64,000 nucleotides of DNA from Euglena gracilis (taxonomy: Eukaryota). The translations under genes and the position numbers were made by a program. The stretch lies in contig CP154954.1 in assembly GCA_039621445.1 (NCBI GenBank), positions 36,069,703 through 36,133,702 on the forward strand, in the 5' to 3' direction. Every line of letters begins with the position of its first letter. The first letter of the stretch is position 1. Under the pieces are notes generated by a model. The model was not told the origin of the DNA. It saw only the letters and a list, made by a program, of their open reading frames with translations, and did not search any database. Positions 9,391-19,993 of the stretch are shown piece by piece.

Positions 9391-10975
9391 CAGAAAATTT
9401 CACCAAAAGCTCATACAACCTGGGGTGGTCTCTGAATTTCTCAACTTCTTTTTCAAATTCTCCACTCAGATTCTCAGTAAACAATTTGCTGCTTTTTTCA
9501 TCAGCCTTTTTCTGGGCCTCCAAAGTCCAAATCTTTTCATGCAAAACTTGGGAAATGCTTTTGAGTTCATCCATCTTGATTGTTGCCTTGGGAGTTTTCA
9601 CAGGTTTTGCAAACTGAACATCTTCCACAGGCTGGGCCAGCTGGAAAAACATCACCTCCACATCTTTTCTCACCTCCTGAAAAAGACTCAGCTCACTTTC
9701 AATGTCCTTGGTCAACTCAGCCAAAAAATTGATGTTTTCATGCTCATTCATTGGTTCAAACACCACCACATTGTCCAACCATTCTTTCACTTTTTCATCT
9801 GATTCCTTGGGGGGAACATTCTCCAAAGGAAAACTTGGACTTTCAAAAACTTGCTTGTCTGCAGGTGGGCTGGCAGGCTGGGTTGCCTGCTGCAGGGGGG
9901 GAACATCAGGAACATCTGGGATATCCACTTGAATTCCATCATCCACTGTGGGATACTTCCTGATCTCACCTCTCAGTTCATCCAAACTCCAATTCCTTGA
10001 AACTTTTCTGAGCCAACTGACAATTTTGGGGTCCAAAAGCTCAAAATCCACTTTGAATTGCACAGTGTCCACCACACTCACAAAAGTGTTCCACAGGGGG
10101 GAGGGCAGCACCTTTTTGCACCTGTCACCCACAAACAAGGGAACCCCACTTGAAATTTTCACCCTGGCCACAGTCACCCTTTCCAGCAGGGGGGACCAGT
10201 ACTGGTCCACCCAGTCTGGGTGCACCAGGACCATTTTTGTTTCTTCAATGCACAACTTTGTCACCACTTTGCTTAGTTGGCTGAAGGGGGGGTTTGCCCA
10301 CAGAAACTTGGAAGCACCAATGTCACACAACAACCTTTCCCATGAATACCTGTAGGCTGAATTCCCTTTTGTCATGTACAAAGACTGGGTGTGGTTCAGG
10401 TGGTTTGCAAAAAGATCAATGCAAATCTGACCCTCAGAAATCTTCAATTCATCCAAAGCTTTTGACTTCACTGGCTTCACCAAAGTGTAGCTTTCTGTCT
10501 TGAAAAGTCTGAAAATTCTTTTGATGGTGTGGTCCCCATCATGGCTCTGAAGTAAAAACTCCTCACCATCAATGATGATTCTGGGGGGTCTGGTCAGCAA
10601 CCCACCAAAAAATTCACTTTCAGTAAAGTCAGTCCCCAAAACTGCCTCGAAGGCATTTGTTTCAACCACAACCGCTTTAAGTCTTAGTGTTTTTCGCCCC
10701 AACTCCAAACTCACCTCACACACTCCTTCGGAAAAGATGTACTCACCGTTGCCGATCTGCAGGGGTACCGCAGCACTTCGCTGAATTTTATTCTCTGGAA
10801 CACATTTCTTAGAAACTGCAGTTATGGTGGCCCCAGTGTCCAAAATAGCTTGAATTTCCTTTCCATAAACCTTCACTGGCAAAAGATAAGTTTTACACAC
10901 CATCTGGAGCAACTGCAAAGCATCAGCTTTTCTCTTTTTGGGGTTCTCACCCGGGGGGGTAACCTGGGTTTGCAC
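9329..10975 (-). CDS. Element 2 aspartic protease plus Dam-like N6-adenine DNA methyltransferase
   Basis: ILDTGA and AVLGTDF (protease); TESYTL...IDLFANHLN...LWANPPFSQLSKVVTKL...LVHPDW...W (amino-MTase; NPPF at 10283-10294). Joined to its neighbours by single-base frameshifts. Confidence 0.85.
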   Translation of the reverse strand: MQTQVTPPGENPKKRKADALQLLQMVCKTYLLPVKVYGKEIQAILDTGATITAVSKKCVPENKIQRSAAVPLQIGNGEYIFSEGVCEVSLELGRKTLRLKAVVVETNAFEAVLGTDFTESEFFGGLLTRPPRIIIDGEEFLLQSHDGDHTIKRIFRLFKTESYTLVKPVKSKALDELKISEGQICIDLFANHLNHTQSLYMTKGNSAYRYSWERLLCDIGASKFLWANPPFSQLSKVVTKLCIEETKMVLVHPDWVDQYWSPLLERVTVARVKISSGVPLFVGDRCKKVLPSPLWNTFVSVVDTVQFKVDFELLDPKIVSWLRKVSRNWSLDELRGEIRKYPTVDDGIQVDIPDVPDVPPLQQATQPASPPADKQVFESPSFPLENVPPKESDEKVKEWLDNVVVFEPMNEHENINFLAELTKDIESELSLFQEVRKDVEVMFFQLAQPVEDVQFAKPVKTPKATIKMDELKSISQVLHEKIWTLEAQKKADEKSSKLFTENLSGEFEKEVEKFRDHPRLYELLVKFSDVFGPLPTISRVPTASFDGH

Positions 10976-11996
10976 TCCCTGGGGTTGAACCGAAGGGGTC
11001 CCTTTCCTGCCCCCTTCTGGGCTTGCTGCCTTCTTTTTTCAAACTTTTCTTTTGACCAACATCTGTCTTCATAATGCCCTTTTTGTGACAAAATCGACAG
11101 AAAATTGTGGCTCCAAATCGTGGGGCTGGGGTGTCATCAACTTTTCTTTCACCCTTGCCTTTGCCTTTTCCTTTGCCTTTTCCTTTTCCACCAGATTTTC
11201 CACCTTTTCCAGATTCTGGGACATTTTCACCAACTTTTTCAGATTGATCAGGGGGTCTTTCAATCAATGGTCTGAGATTTTCTTTTTTCAGCAAATTCCT
11301 CTCCAACCAATCTTCAGAACTTTTCTCCAAAATTGTTTTTCTCAAATCTGTGAATGTCTCAGAACGATGTTTGTAAAATCTGTCTGCCCTGATGTCTGCA
11401 TACATTCTGGGGTGTAATTTCCTCAGCAAAACCAAAAACTTTTCCTGTTCACTCATGGCCTGGGGGCTCAACCTGGCCATCAAATTGTCCAAGTCAATGA
11501 AAAGTTTTTTGATGTCTTGGGGTTCAGGGTTCTGGGAAAGTGCTGGCAATTTGTCAATGGCAGACCTCAAAGTCATGTCATTTTCCAGTGTTGGGAACAA
11601 ATTTGCAATTTCCAACAGCACTTTTTCAAAATCATCATTCTCATCCATCACTTTTTCAACCAGTTTTTTCACCTTGGGGGTGCAACATTCCAACAGCCAA
11701 TCCTTTTTCTGGACATTTCCAAATGCAACTGCACCAGTTAACCTCAACCATCTGCCAAAATCTTTCAAAAACTCTGGCCAATTTGTGCCATCAAACTCAG
11801 GCAATTTCACAGGGGGTAATCTTGAACTTTGGGTTGAACTTTGGCTGGGGTTGCTGGAATTTGGTTCCACAATTTGCTTCAGAAATGTTTCAACCTGGGT
11901 GATGGGGTTCACAGGGGTAAACACAGACTGACTGCTGCTGGCTGATTTGATTTCCAATTCTTGCAACCTTCTTTCCAAATCTTCAATGGAGGACAT
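10873..11996 (-). CDS. gag: Element 2 Gag with CCHC zinc knuckle (split by a frameshift)
   Basis: KLPEFDGTNWPEF capsid-like start; GKGKGKG tract; CRFCHKKG|HYEDRC forms a CX2CX4HX4C knuckle when one base is restored in the A/G run near 11080. Confidence 0.85.
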
Positions 11997-12423
11997 TTCT
12001 GCAGATCACTTTCAAAAAACTCAACCACTGGCTCTGAAAACTGGGAGAAACAGAAACACTGGCCAACCCAAAAAACAAACAAAAACTGAAGAAACCAGAA
12101 CAGAAAACCAACCACTGGGTTCAGGACCAGGTCAGCAAGATGATGAAGATCTTGCCTCAACCAGGATCTTGTTCTGGACAGCAAGGTGAACAGCACCACT
12201 TACAAACTTCCTCAACCAGGTAACCAATACAACAACTGTTGACAAACTCTCCACTGTGAACTTGTTCACCACAGCCTCAATGTCAACTTCCTGTTGAAGG
12301 TGTTGTTCTGTACCAGCAACTCGGTTAACCTTGCCTTCAGGAACACCAACTTCTGGAACTTCAATAACCAGTGAAACAATGTTGAATCTCCTCGAAGACG
12401 TCTTGGACGATTGGAACAACAAA

Positions 12424-12435
12424 CCTCTGCGACCA
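12424..12435 (-). promoter_or_regulatory. Element 2 primer-binding site TGGTCGCAGAGG
   Basis: Lies 4 nt after the 5' LTR on the minus strand; identical to the element 1 PBS. Confidence 0.75.
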
Positions 12436-12439
12436 ACTT

Positions 12440-12630
12440 TGGACGTCTCAGAATATTCTTTTGTTTTTATTGAAATCCTCGGATTCCCAATTTTTCTTGA
12501 TATCCCAATTGTCCCCAAAGACGTAACACAATCAATGTTGAGACATAACCAGAGCCAGCAGTCTGCACAGGAGGAAAGGTTCGAATTAGGAATACAAAGT
12601 TCGGTTCAGGCGGTTAGTAAATAGTCCGCA
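12440..12630 (-). repeat. Element 2 5' LTR (191 bp)
   Basis: Direct repeat of 5584-5774. Confidence 0.93.
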
Positions 12631-12635
12631 CTTTG

Positions 12636-14473
12636 CAACGGAAAAAAACAAAAGATTCCCGCAGTGGTGGGGATCTGGCAGCCCTGAGGGCACAGACGAA
12701 TTTGAAAGAGACTGGCACGGAAAACTGCTGTGGATGAACCCACCATTCAGCAAAATTTCACAGGTGGTGAGAAAAATTCAAACAGATGAGGCCCATGCAC
12801 TCCTCATGGTACCCAGATGGGTTCACAGAAAATGGTACGGAGAAATCAAAAAACTGGCAGTGATGTCAATGTTCATCCCAGCGGGAACAAAACTGTTTGG
12901 ACAGGGTGACAAGAACTGCAGGAATACACCGTGGCATGTGGAAGTGTTTTTGGTATGCGGACACAAAACACGGTGCAAGTACCTACCAGGTTTCCACAAA
13001 CACTTCACCCCCCTACATCCGACATCCAAGGTGAGGTTCGGCACAGCCCACGAGTACCCGCCAGTGGAGGACGAGGTGGAGGGTGGTGAACAAAAAACCG
13101 ACTTGGGGACAGAAAAACCACAGAAACACATCAGAAAACTGCAGGAGGCAGCCACAGCGACACCAGAACGGGCCACAGTAGAAAAACCAAAACCAAAAAT
13201 GCTGGACCTGTTCTGTGGAACAAAATCGGTCAGCAAGGTGTATGAAAAAATGGGCTTCGAGGTGGTGACGGTGGACTCAGACCCCAGGTGGAAAGCGGAT
13301 TACCAGGTGGACGTACTGGACTGGGACTTCAGAAAACATTTCAAACCTGGCGAATTCCACACGGTGGTTTGTGGGGTTCCCTGCACAGAATTCAGCATTG
13401 CCCTGACGACAAGACCCAGAAACCTGGAAAAAGGAGACAGCCTTGCAAAGAAAGCCCTGGAAATTGTGAAATTTCTGCAACCGCAGAAATGGTGGTTGGA
13501 AAACCCAAGGTACGGATACCTGGGAAAACGAGATTACATGAAACCGTACCCGTACATTGATGTGGATTACTGTCAATACACAGACTGGGGTTACAAAAAA
13601 CCAACACGAATCTGGGGCAGCCCTGACATCCTGCAGGTACCAGCCAAACGGTGTGACGGGAAAACGTGCAAAAACCTGGACCCGAACGGTGGAGGTCACC
13701 TGGTGAAACTCAGCAACAAACACAACATCCCAGCCTTCAAAAAATTCAGGATCCCAGAACAACTGATTCAGGACCTGGCGGGGTTCCACGAACGGCTACG
13801 GCAAACCAGCCAAGCCCAGGCCGCGCAGCAACAACCGCTGCAGCAGCCCAGCCCTGCCCGGACTGCGCGACAAAACATGCTCTCACAGCCCAGCCCAGAA
13901 CTGACAGGTCAACAGCCAAACCCAGATTCAACTGACAAAACAGAACCAGACCAAAACATTCGGCTTCCAAAACGCCTGTGTGAACCGGTGTCCAAACTCC
14001 TGCTGGGGCAGGTCATCAGCAGAAAGAAGGCTAAACAACTCCTCATCGAAGTCCGTGCTGTGTTGCCGGACGGCAAAAAAATGTTCCTACAGGCCCTGAT
14101 CGACACGGGAGCACAGGCAAACCTGGTGAAAAAGAACCTGATTCCCCAACAAAATTTCAGACGTTCACAAAAACCCTTGGCACTGATCACAGCGGACGGA
14201 ACAAGGATGGAAGGAGGACTACACGAAGTTACACTGGAACTGCAGTTTTCATCACGGGTGCACAACACGGACAGAACAGGGGAATGGTCCACCATTGGAA
14301 CATTCCATGACGCCGACATCCAGGTTGATGCCATCCTCGGGTATCCGTGGATGGAACAACACCAACTGGGGGTTTTCCCACACCTACAATCATTGGCCCT
14401 CATAGATGAACCACTGCGGCTGCTGTCCAGTTGGCCCCAACTGAAGGAACAAAACACAGGGAACGGAAAATAA
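12636..14473 (+). CDS. Element 1 pol continued: rest of Dam-like adenine MTase, C5-cytosine DNA methyltransferase, aspartic protease
   Basis: ATEKNKRFPQWW...LLWMNPPFSKI...LMVPRW (NPPF 12737-12748). C5-MTase ~13199-13790: MLDLFCG (motif I), VDSD, DVLDWD, GVPCTEFS (catalytic PC, 13379-13384), WLENP (13499-13507), DYCQY..KKPTRIW. Protease LIDTGA (DTG 14102-14110) and AILGYPW. Confidence 0.9.
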
Positions 14474-16809
14474 ACCAACTTCAGAAAAAAATTTCGGAAG
14501 TGCGGGCCATGAATTTGCAGATTCCTGCTGAAGCGGGCCAGGACGATGAAAAACTGTCCGAAGACGAAACAACGCTGGAAGCACTGGCCAAACAACTTCA
14601 GAAATCGGCAAAGAAATCCGACAGGGTTCACGGTGTGGTAGTGATGCCAGAAGGACAAGAAACACAAGGCGAAAGGGTGGCTGAACTGGTGAAAAAATTG
14701 CGGCAGGACTACGAAGGAGCGGTCTTGCGAGACAAAATCTACCCAGACCCCCCAGAACGCGGACGACTGGGTTATGGGAAAATCGACCTGAAACCTGGAA
14801 CAGTGGCGAAAAAGCAAAGACCCGTCCACATGACAGGAGAACGCCGACAGGCACTCATCGACATGATGGACGAATGGGTTAGGGACCTGAAAGTGGAAGA
14901 CGGAAGGAGTGACTGGTCCAGCCCCACGTTCGTGGTGGCCAAAAAAGGTGGAAAATGGAGACGGGTGGTGGATTTAAGAGCATTGAACGAGGCAACAATC
15001 ACAGACGCCCATCCCCTCCCTAGGATAGAAGACATCTTAGCTAAACAAGGACAACGGGCCATATACAGTGTACTGGACCTCAAAGATGCCTTCCACCAGG
15101 TGCCACTGAGAACAGAGTCCAGACCCTACACCTGCTGCAGCACACCTAAGGGAACAAAACAGTGGAGAGTGGTGGTCATGGGAATGAAAAACGGGGTACC
15201 GATTTTCCAGAGGGTGATCGAGTACAGCCTGGAGGAGGTACAGGACATTGCAAACCCCTACGTGGACGACATCATCGTAGGAACCGTTTGGCAGGGGTCA
15301 GAAGACAAAACCCTCGAACAACACGACAAGGACATCAGAAGGGTGATGGAGGCACTGAAAAAACAGCAGCACGTGGCAGACATCAAGAAATGCAAATTTT
15401 TCGTGAAAGAGGTGGAATTCTGTGGACACGTGCTGGGTGGTGGACAACGGAAACCCGCACCTGGGAAACTGATGGCCTTGGAAAAATGGGAGGAACCGAA
15501 AACGGTCACAGCCCTACGGGCATTCCTGGGATTCACAAACTATTATGCCTCATACATCCCAGGGTATGCGGAATTGGCTGCAGACCTGATGGAAAAAAAA
15601 AAAAAAAAAAAAGGACAGGGGAAGAAAGGAAGCCTGACACCTGTGTTTTTCGGTGAAAGGGAAAGAACAGCCTTCCAGACCATCAAAGAAAAACTGCTCG
15701 GAAGCCTGAAACTGCAAACGGTGAACCCAGACAAACCGTTCATACTCAGGGTGGATGCAAGTGGCAGAGCCGTAGGTGCGGCTCTGGAACAATTTGCGGA
15801 GGACACTGCAGAAAAACCAGACCCAACAACAGCCATGACCAAAAAAACAGTACCCGTAGCTTTCTGTTCACGAAAACTGACACCTGGGCAGGTTCGCTCG
15901 TGGTCTCCTAGGGAGAAGGAGACCTACGCAGTGATCCTGGCCCTGCAAAAATGGGCTTCCTGGATAGGAATGCAACCGGTACTGGTGTTGACGGACCACA
16001 AGTCCATTGAGGCATGGGCAACGGAGGCGCTGGACACCCCCAGTGGACCAGCTGGACGTAGGGCTAGGTGGCACGAACTGCTTTCGCGGTTCGACATAAC
16101 CGTTGCATACGTACCTGGCAAAGACAACACGGTCGCCGATGCCTTGAGTAGGTGGGCCTACCCCGCCTCACAGGCATTCGCCGACGTGAGTATCCACGGG
16201 AGTGAGGAGGACGACCGACTCATGAAAGAAATCATCAAACAGGAGGAAAAGGAACAGAAAACTTGTATGGTGATCAACGTGGCAGACCTGACACAGGCAC
16301 AAAAACAACTTCAAGAACCCGTCACTGTGGCCGTCACAACAAGGGGGGGAGCCAAAACGGGTGAAGATTCGCCCACAGTGCCTGGTTCAACGGAAAATGA
16401 TGACACCCCTCAAAAAATTTCAAAAACGCCTCAAAAACCTGCAAAAACGACAAAGAAATGGGTTGTGAAGGAAACGATTGTGGTGGAACCAAGCAAAAAA
16501 CTGGCAGGGGCAACCCCAAGGGAGACCACGGATGAGGCAGGAAACCTGATCCGACCAGACCAACCAAAAAACAAAACCCCAGAAAATTCAAACACGGCCG
16601 AGGGACCATCCACTGAGGAAGACCCACCAAGGCGAAGACCCCTGGAAGAGGACCCTGTGGAACCCCTAACAACAACAGACTCAACAAAACAACAGGACGC
16701 GCAAGGTGCGTCATCCTCAACGGGGACACCCGTTGGACCTCCATCAAGGGGAGTGCACGCCCCGGAGCTTCAACAGGGGGAACTGAAAGGGGTGATGGAC
16801 AGGGAATAA
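14431..16809 (+). CDS. pol: Element 1 pol: reverse transcriptase and RNase H
   Basis: WSSPTFVVAKK, WRRVVDLRALN, LDLKDAFHQ, MGMKNG, YVDD (15259-15270), RVDASGRAVGAALEQ, EKETYA, TDHKS, VADALSR. Shifted -1 from the upstream ORF at a C-run near 14435. Confidence 0.93.
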   Translation: MAPTEGTKHRERKINQLQKKISEVRAMNLQIPAEAGQDDEKLSEDETTLEALAKQLQKSAKKSDRVHGVVVMPEGQETQGERVAELVKKLRQDYEGAVLRDKIYPDPPERGRLGYGKIDLKPGTVAKKQRPVHMTGERRQALIDMMDEWVRDLKVEDGRSDWSSPTFVVAKKGGKWRRVVDLRALNEATITDAHPLPRIEDILAKQGQRAIYSVLDLKDAFHQVPLRTESRPYTCCSTPKGTKQWRVVVMGMKNGVPIFQRVIEYSLEEVQDIANPYVDDIIVGTVWQGSEDKTLEQHDKDIRRVMEALKKQQHVADIKKCKFFVKEVEFCGHVLGGGQRKPAPGKLMALEKWEEPKTVTALRAFLGFTNYYASYIPGYAELAADLMEKKKKKKGQGKKGSLTPVFFGERERTAFQTIKEKLLGSLKLQTVNPDKPFILRVDASGRAVGAALEQFAEDTAEKPDPTTAMTKKTVPVAFCSRKLTPGQVRSWSPREKETYAVILALQKWASWIGMQPVLVLTDHKSIEAWATEALDTPSGPAGRRARWHELLSRFDITVAYVPGKDNTVADALSRWAYPASQAFADVSIHGSEEDDRLMKEIIKQEEKEQKTCMVINVADLTQAQKQLQEPVTVAVTTRGGAKTGEDSPTVPGSTENDDTPQKISKTPQKPAKTTKKWVVKETIVVEPSKKLAGATPRETTDEAGNLIRPDQPKNKTPENSNTAEGPSTEEDPPRRRPLEEDPVEPLTTTDSTKQQDAQGASSSTGTPVGPPSRGVHAPELQQGELKGVMDRE

Positions 16810-18238
16810 AAGAACGAGTACGAAAGTTGCCCAAGGTGGGGACCTGTGCTCAAGAACCTGAAGGAAACGGGGTTCAAAAAATGGCCTGACGGGTACCGAA
16901 TCGACAACGGCAGGCTCTACAAAAACGGTCTCCTGTGTGTACCAAGTGGGTTGACTGGAAACGTAATTCGGGAACATCACGAAACAGCCGGGCACCCAGG
17001 GTCAGCCCGACTGTGGGACCAGATGGGAAGGTGGTTTGCGTTTGCGGACCATCAGGATGCAAAAAAACTGACAGGCAAAATGATGACCATGTGTGAAACC
17101 TGCCAAGCCACAGAACCGACACCGATTCCTGCACACCTGATGGACAGTGTTGCTATCGACTTGTTCTCTCTACCTGAAACCACCTTTGAAGGGAAAAAAT
17201 ACGACACGTTGGCGTTATGTGTGGACAGGCTGAGTGGGTGGATGGTTGCAACCCCCCACCTGGCCAAGGGACTCACAGCAGAAAAGGTTGGAAAGGAAAT
17301 GTACAAACAGTGGGGAATTTTTGGGATACCCTCGCTTGTGAGCTCCGACCGGGGCTCCCACTTCACAGCCGGTTGGTGGAAAACACTGTGTGCTGCCCAC
17401 GGGGTCCGTGTGGCGTACGGGCAGGCATACCACCACCAAGCCAACGGACGGGCTGAGGTAGCGGGTCAACAAGTCCTCCGAAAACTGGCAAAACTGGCTG
17501 CTGAAAAAGGGGTACCCCGGGTTGAGCTCCTACCGAACGCCTTGAGGGCCCTACACGACGTCCCAGGTGAAACGGGATTGTCACCGTACGAAATTGTGTT
17601 TGGCAGGCACAGACCGTTGGCGGGATTGCCACACCAACCACAAAAGGAAGCGGAAGGGGCCACAACGTTCTTGGAAAGGATGAAAGAACAAGACCAGTGG
17701 GTGAGCCTGGTCCTGAACGAAAAACAGCGTGAACGGGCTGAAACTGAACCGAAAACGCAGAGAACCACCTGCCTTGGAAATCGGCTCCAAAGTCTGGTAT
17801 CAACCCGAAAGACAACCCGGCAGCGACAAACTCGAACCGAAGTGGAAAGGACCTGCAGTGGTGTTGGAACGGGTAGGACAACACTCCTACGTGGTTGAAC
17901 TACGACTTGGAAACCGACAACCTGCCCACCGTTCACAACTCAAACCCCACGTGGAGGACCTCTACAACACAACTCCTGTCCCCCTCTACTTTTGGTCGGG
18001 CAAAGCACAGGAGTTGGAGGTCGGACCTGACGAGTGGGAGGTTGAAAAAGTGCTGAACCACCGCAGAAAAGACGGAAAACTTCAATTTTTGATTCAGTGG
18101 AAAAACTGGGACCCATCTGATACTCAGTGGGAACCCCTGAACCACTTCTTCCTCCGAACAAACAAGGATGTGGTCCAATATTGCAAGAAACGGGACCTGG
18201 CTGTGGATGTGAGAGAGTTGCTCGATGGGATGGAGTGA
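16810..18238 (+). CDS. Element 1 integrase plus chromodomain (after an in-frame TAA; frameshift near 17740)
   Basis: HHETAGHPG...CETC, AIDLF, SSDRGSHF, NGRAE, LSPYEIVFG, PKWKGP; chromodomain WEVEKVLNHRRKDGKLQFLIQWKNWDPSDTQWEP. Confidence 0.9.
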
Positions 18239-19993
18239 CACATGTCGCATACCCCTGCACTCTCTCACAGATGCCGCCACGGCGCCACCCCCAACGACCC
18301 CGTCGCCAACCCCAACCCTACCACCCACACCAACCTCGAACAGTACCCTTCACCATCCCCACAATACTACCCCCACCCCTACGTGCCCTTGAGGCCCAAC
18401 TTCCTTCCCCCCTATGCCTCCGAACTTCAACACCAACGCAAACGAGGCCACCCCCACCACCATACCGCCCCCCACCGCCATACCAACCCCCACGACAACC
18501 CTCACTCAACCCCTCACGAGCCCCCACAGCCACCCCCACAGCGGAGCCCCAGCCCGAACCCCCCACAGCCGGAGCCACCGAGCCCTCCGCGGCGGCGGAG
18601 ACGCTCAGTCTGCTCCAGCCCGGGCAGTTTCCGGGGGGTATCGCTGCCCCTGGACAGCCCCCCAGCAACACCCCCCCGCAGTCCACGACCACCCTCACCG
18701 CAACCCAAGCCCCCCACCGACGACAACCTCCCCAAGAAACAGTGGTGGGTAGCGGAGCTGCTGGATCTGTGACGGGTGAACCCCCCTTCGCAAGGCGCGG
18801 GTGCCCCCACGGGCCCCGCCTGTATGCTCAGAGCCTTGCGGTGGGACCCGAAAACACTTGACAAACCTGAAAGAGATTTCACGACCGAACTTCCGAGCTG
18901 ATTTACGACCCTGACCGAATTCTCAAGCTGCTCACCCAAGTCCGACATGAACCTGTACGCCACTGACAATACCAGCCGAACCAAAACGACAAAACGGGCC
19001 TGGGCAGCCCCCCTGGCCAGCCCACCTGAACCTGAACCGCTGGCCAGCTCAACTCGACCCAGCCCAACTGTCCCGTACAAGACCCGATCCGACCCGACTT
19101 GACTGACCTCAAGTGCCTCTCTTCAGCCAATCAATCCATTCTTCAATTCTCCATCGTTGTTGTTGTGGGTTGGGACCCCCCCCCCGTGGAGAACGAACCT
19201 TCACCCCTGAACTTGGGCAGCCTACCTGTAAAACAAAAAACAACAAAACACAGCCCCCAACCCCAACCGTGGCAGCCAGCCAAAACTGGGCAAACGGTGG
19301 AAGGGGAACCTGACTTTGACCCAAAAACGCAGACCTGGCCGACCCCGGGCCACCCGCCTGGGGGGGGGGGGGCGGGGACCCTCCTCAGCACCTGACCTCG
19401 CACAAACCAGCCTACCCCCAGAAAAACATCAAAAATACAAAAAAAACCATTGTCCCTGACCCAGCCTGATTTTTAACCGAAACCCAGCCTGCACCTGATT
19501 TTTATTAAAATTCGTCCCCGGCCGGAGCCTGACCGCTTGGCCTGGGGGGGGGGGGGGCTGGAAGACCCCAGCTGGACCCACCCCCCACCGAACAGACACC
19601 AAGCCTAGACACCGAATTGGCTAACCGAACAGAAAACGGCTGTCTAGGACCCGGACCGTGACAAAACAACTCACCTGACCTGGGAATAAGAATTTCCTGA
19701 AAATTTTAACCGTGGCTGGCGCTTGGTTCACAACGGCGCCGCCCCCCCCCCAACGACAAACAGCCCTAGGCGGGCTGGGGGGGGGGGCAACACACCAGCC
19801 CCGCACAGACCCAACAACCCAAAGGAGAACAGTTGACTCAGCCCCCCGGCCATAAAACGAACCTGAACGGCACAGCCCCCTGAGGGGGGGGGACCCTGAA
19901 CCACAACGGTCCCCTCGCTCGCCCCCTCCTCACAACGAGTGCACTCCGCACCCCTTCCTGTTGGAGTCGTGAAGAGTTGTAAACAACTCCTTC

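Larger units (their letters stand above)
5584..12630 (-). mobile_element. Element 2: Ty3/Gypsy LTR retrotransposon (7047 bp) with Dam-like MTase and chromodomain, nested in element 1
   Basis: 191-bp LTRs at 5584-5774 and 12440-12630 (identical by eye, TG...CA); 5-bp TSD CTTTG (5579-5583, 12631-12635); PBS at 12424-12435; gag-PR-MT-RT-RH-IN-CHD. Confidence 0.95.

Noticed and set aside
5265-14473. Bacterial or phage restriction-modification locus, or contamination
   Set aside because: The MTase domains are fused in frame with retroelement protease inside LTR/TSD-bounded elements; no endonuclease or operon context is present.
15592-15612. Poly-lysine NLS in RT
   Set aside because: It is a pure A homopolymer, more likely slippage or a sequencing artefact.
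844-19403. Numerous short overlapping or antisense ORFs within elements 1 and 2
   Set aside because: They are shadow frames favoured by TA-poor composition and carry no recognisable motifs.
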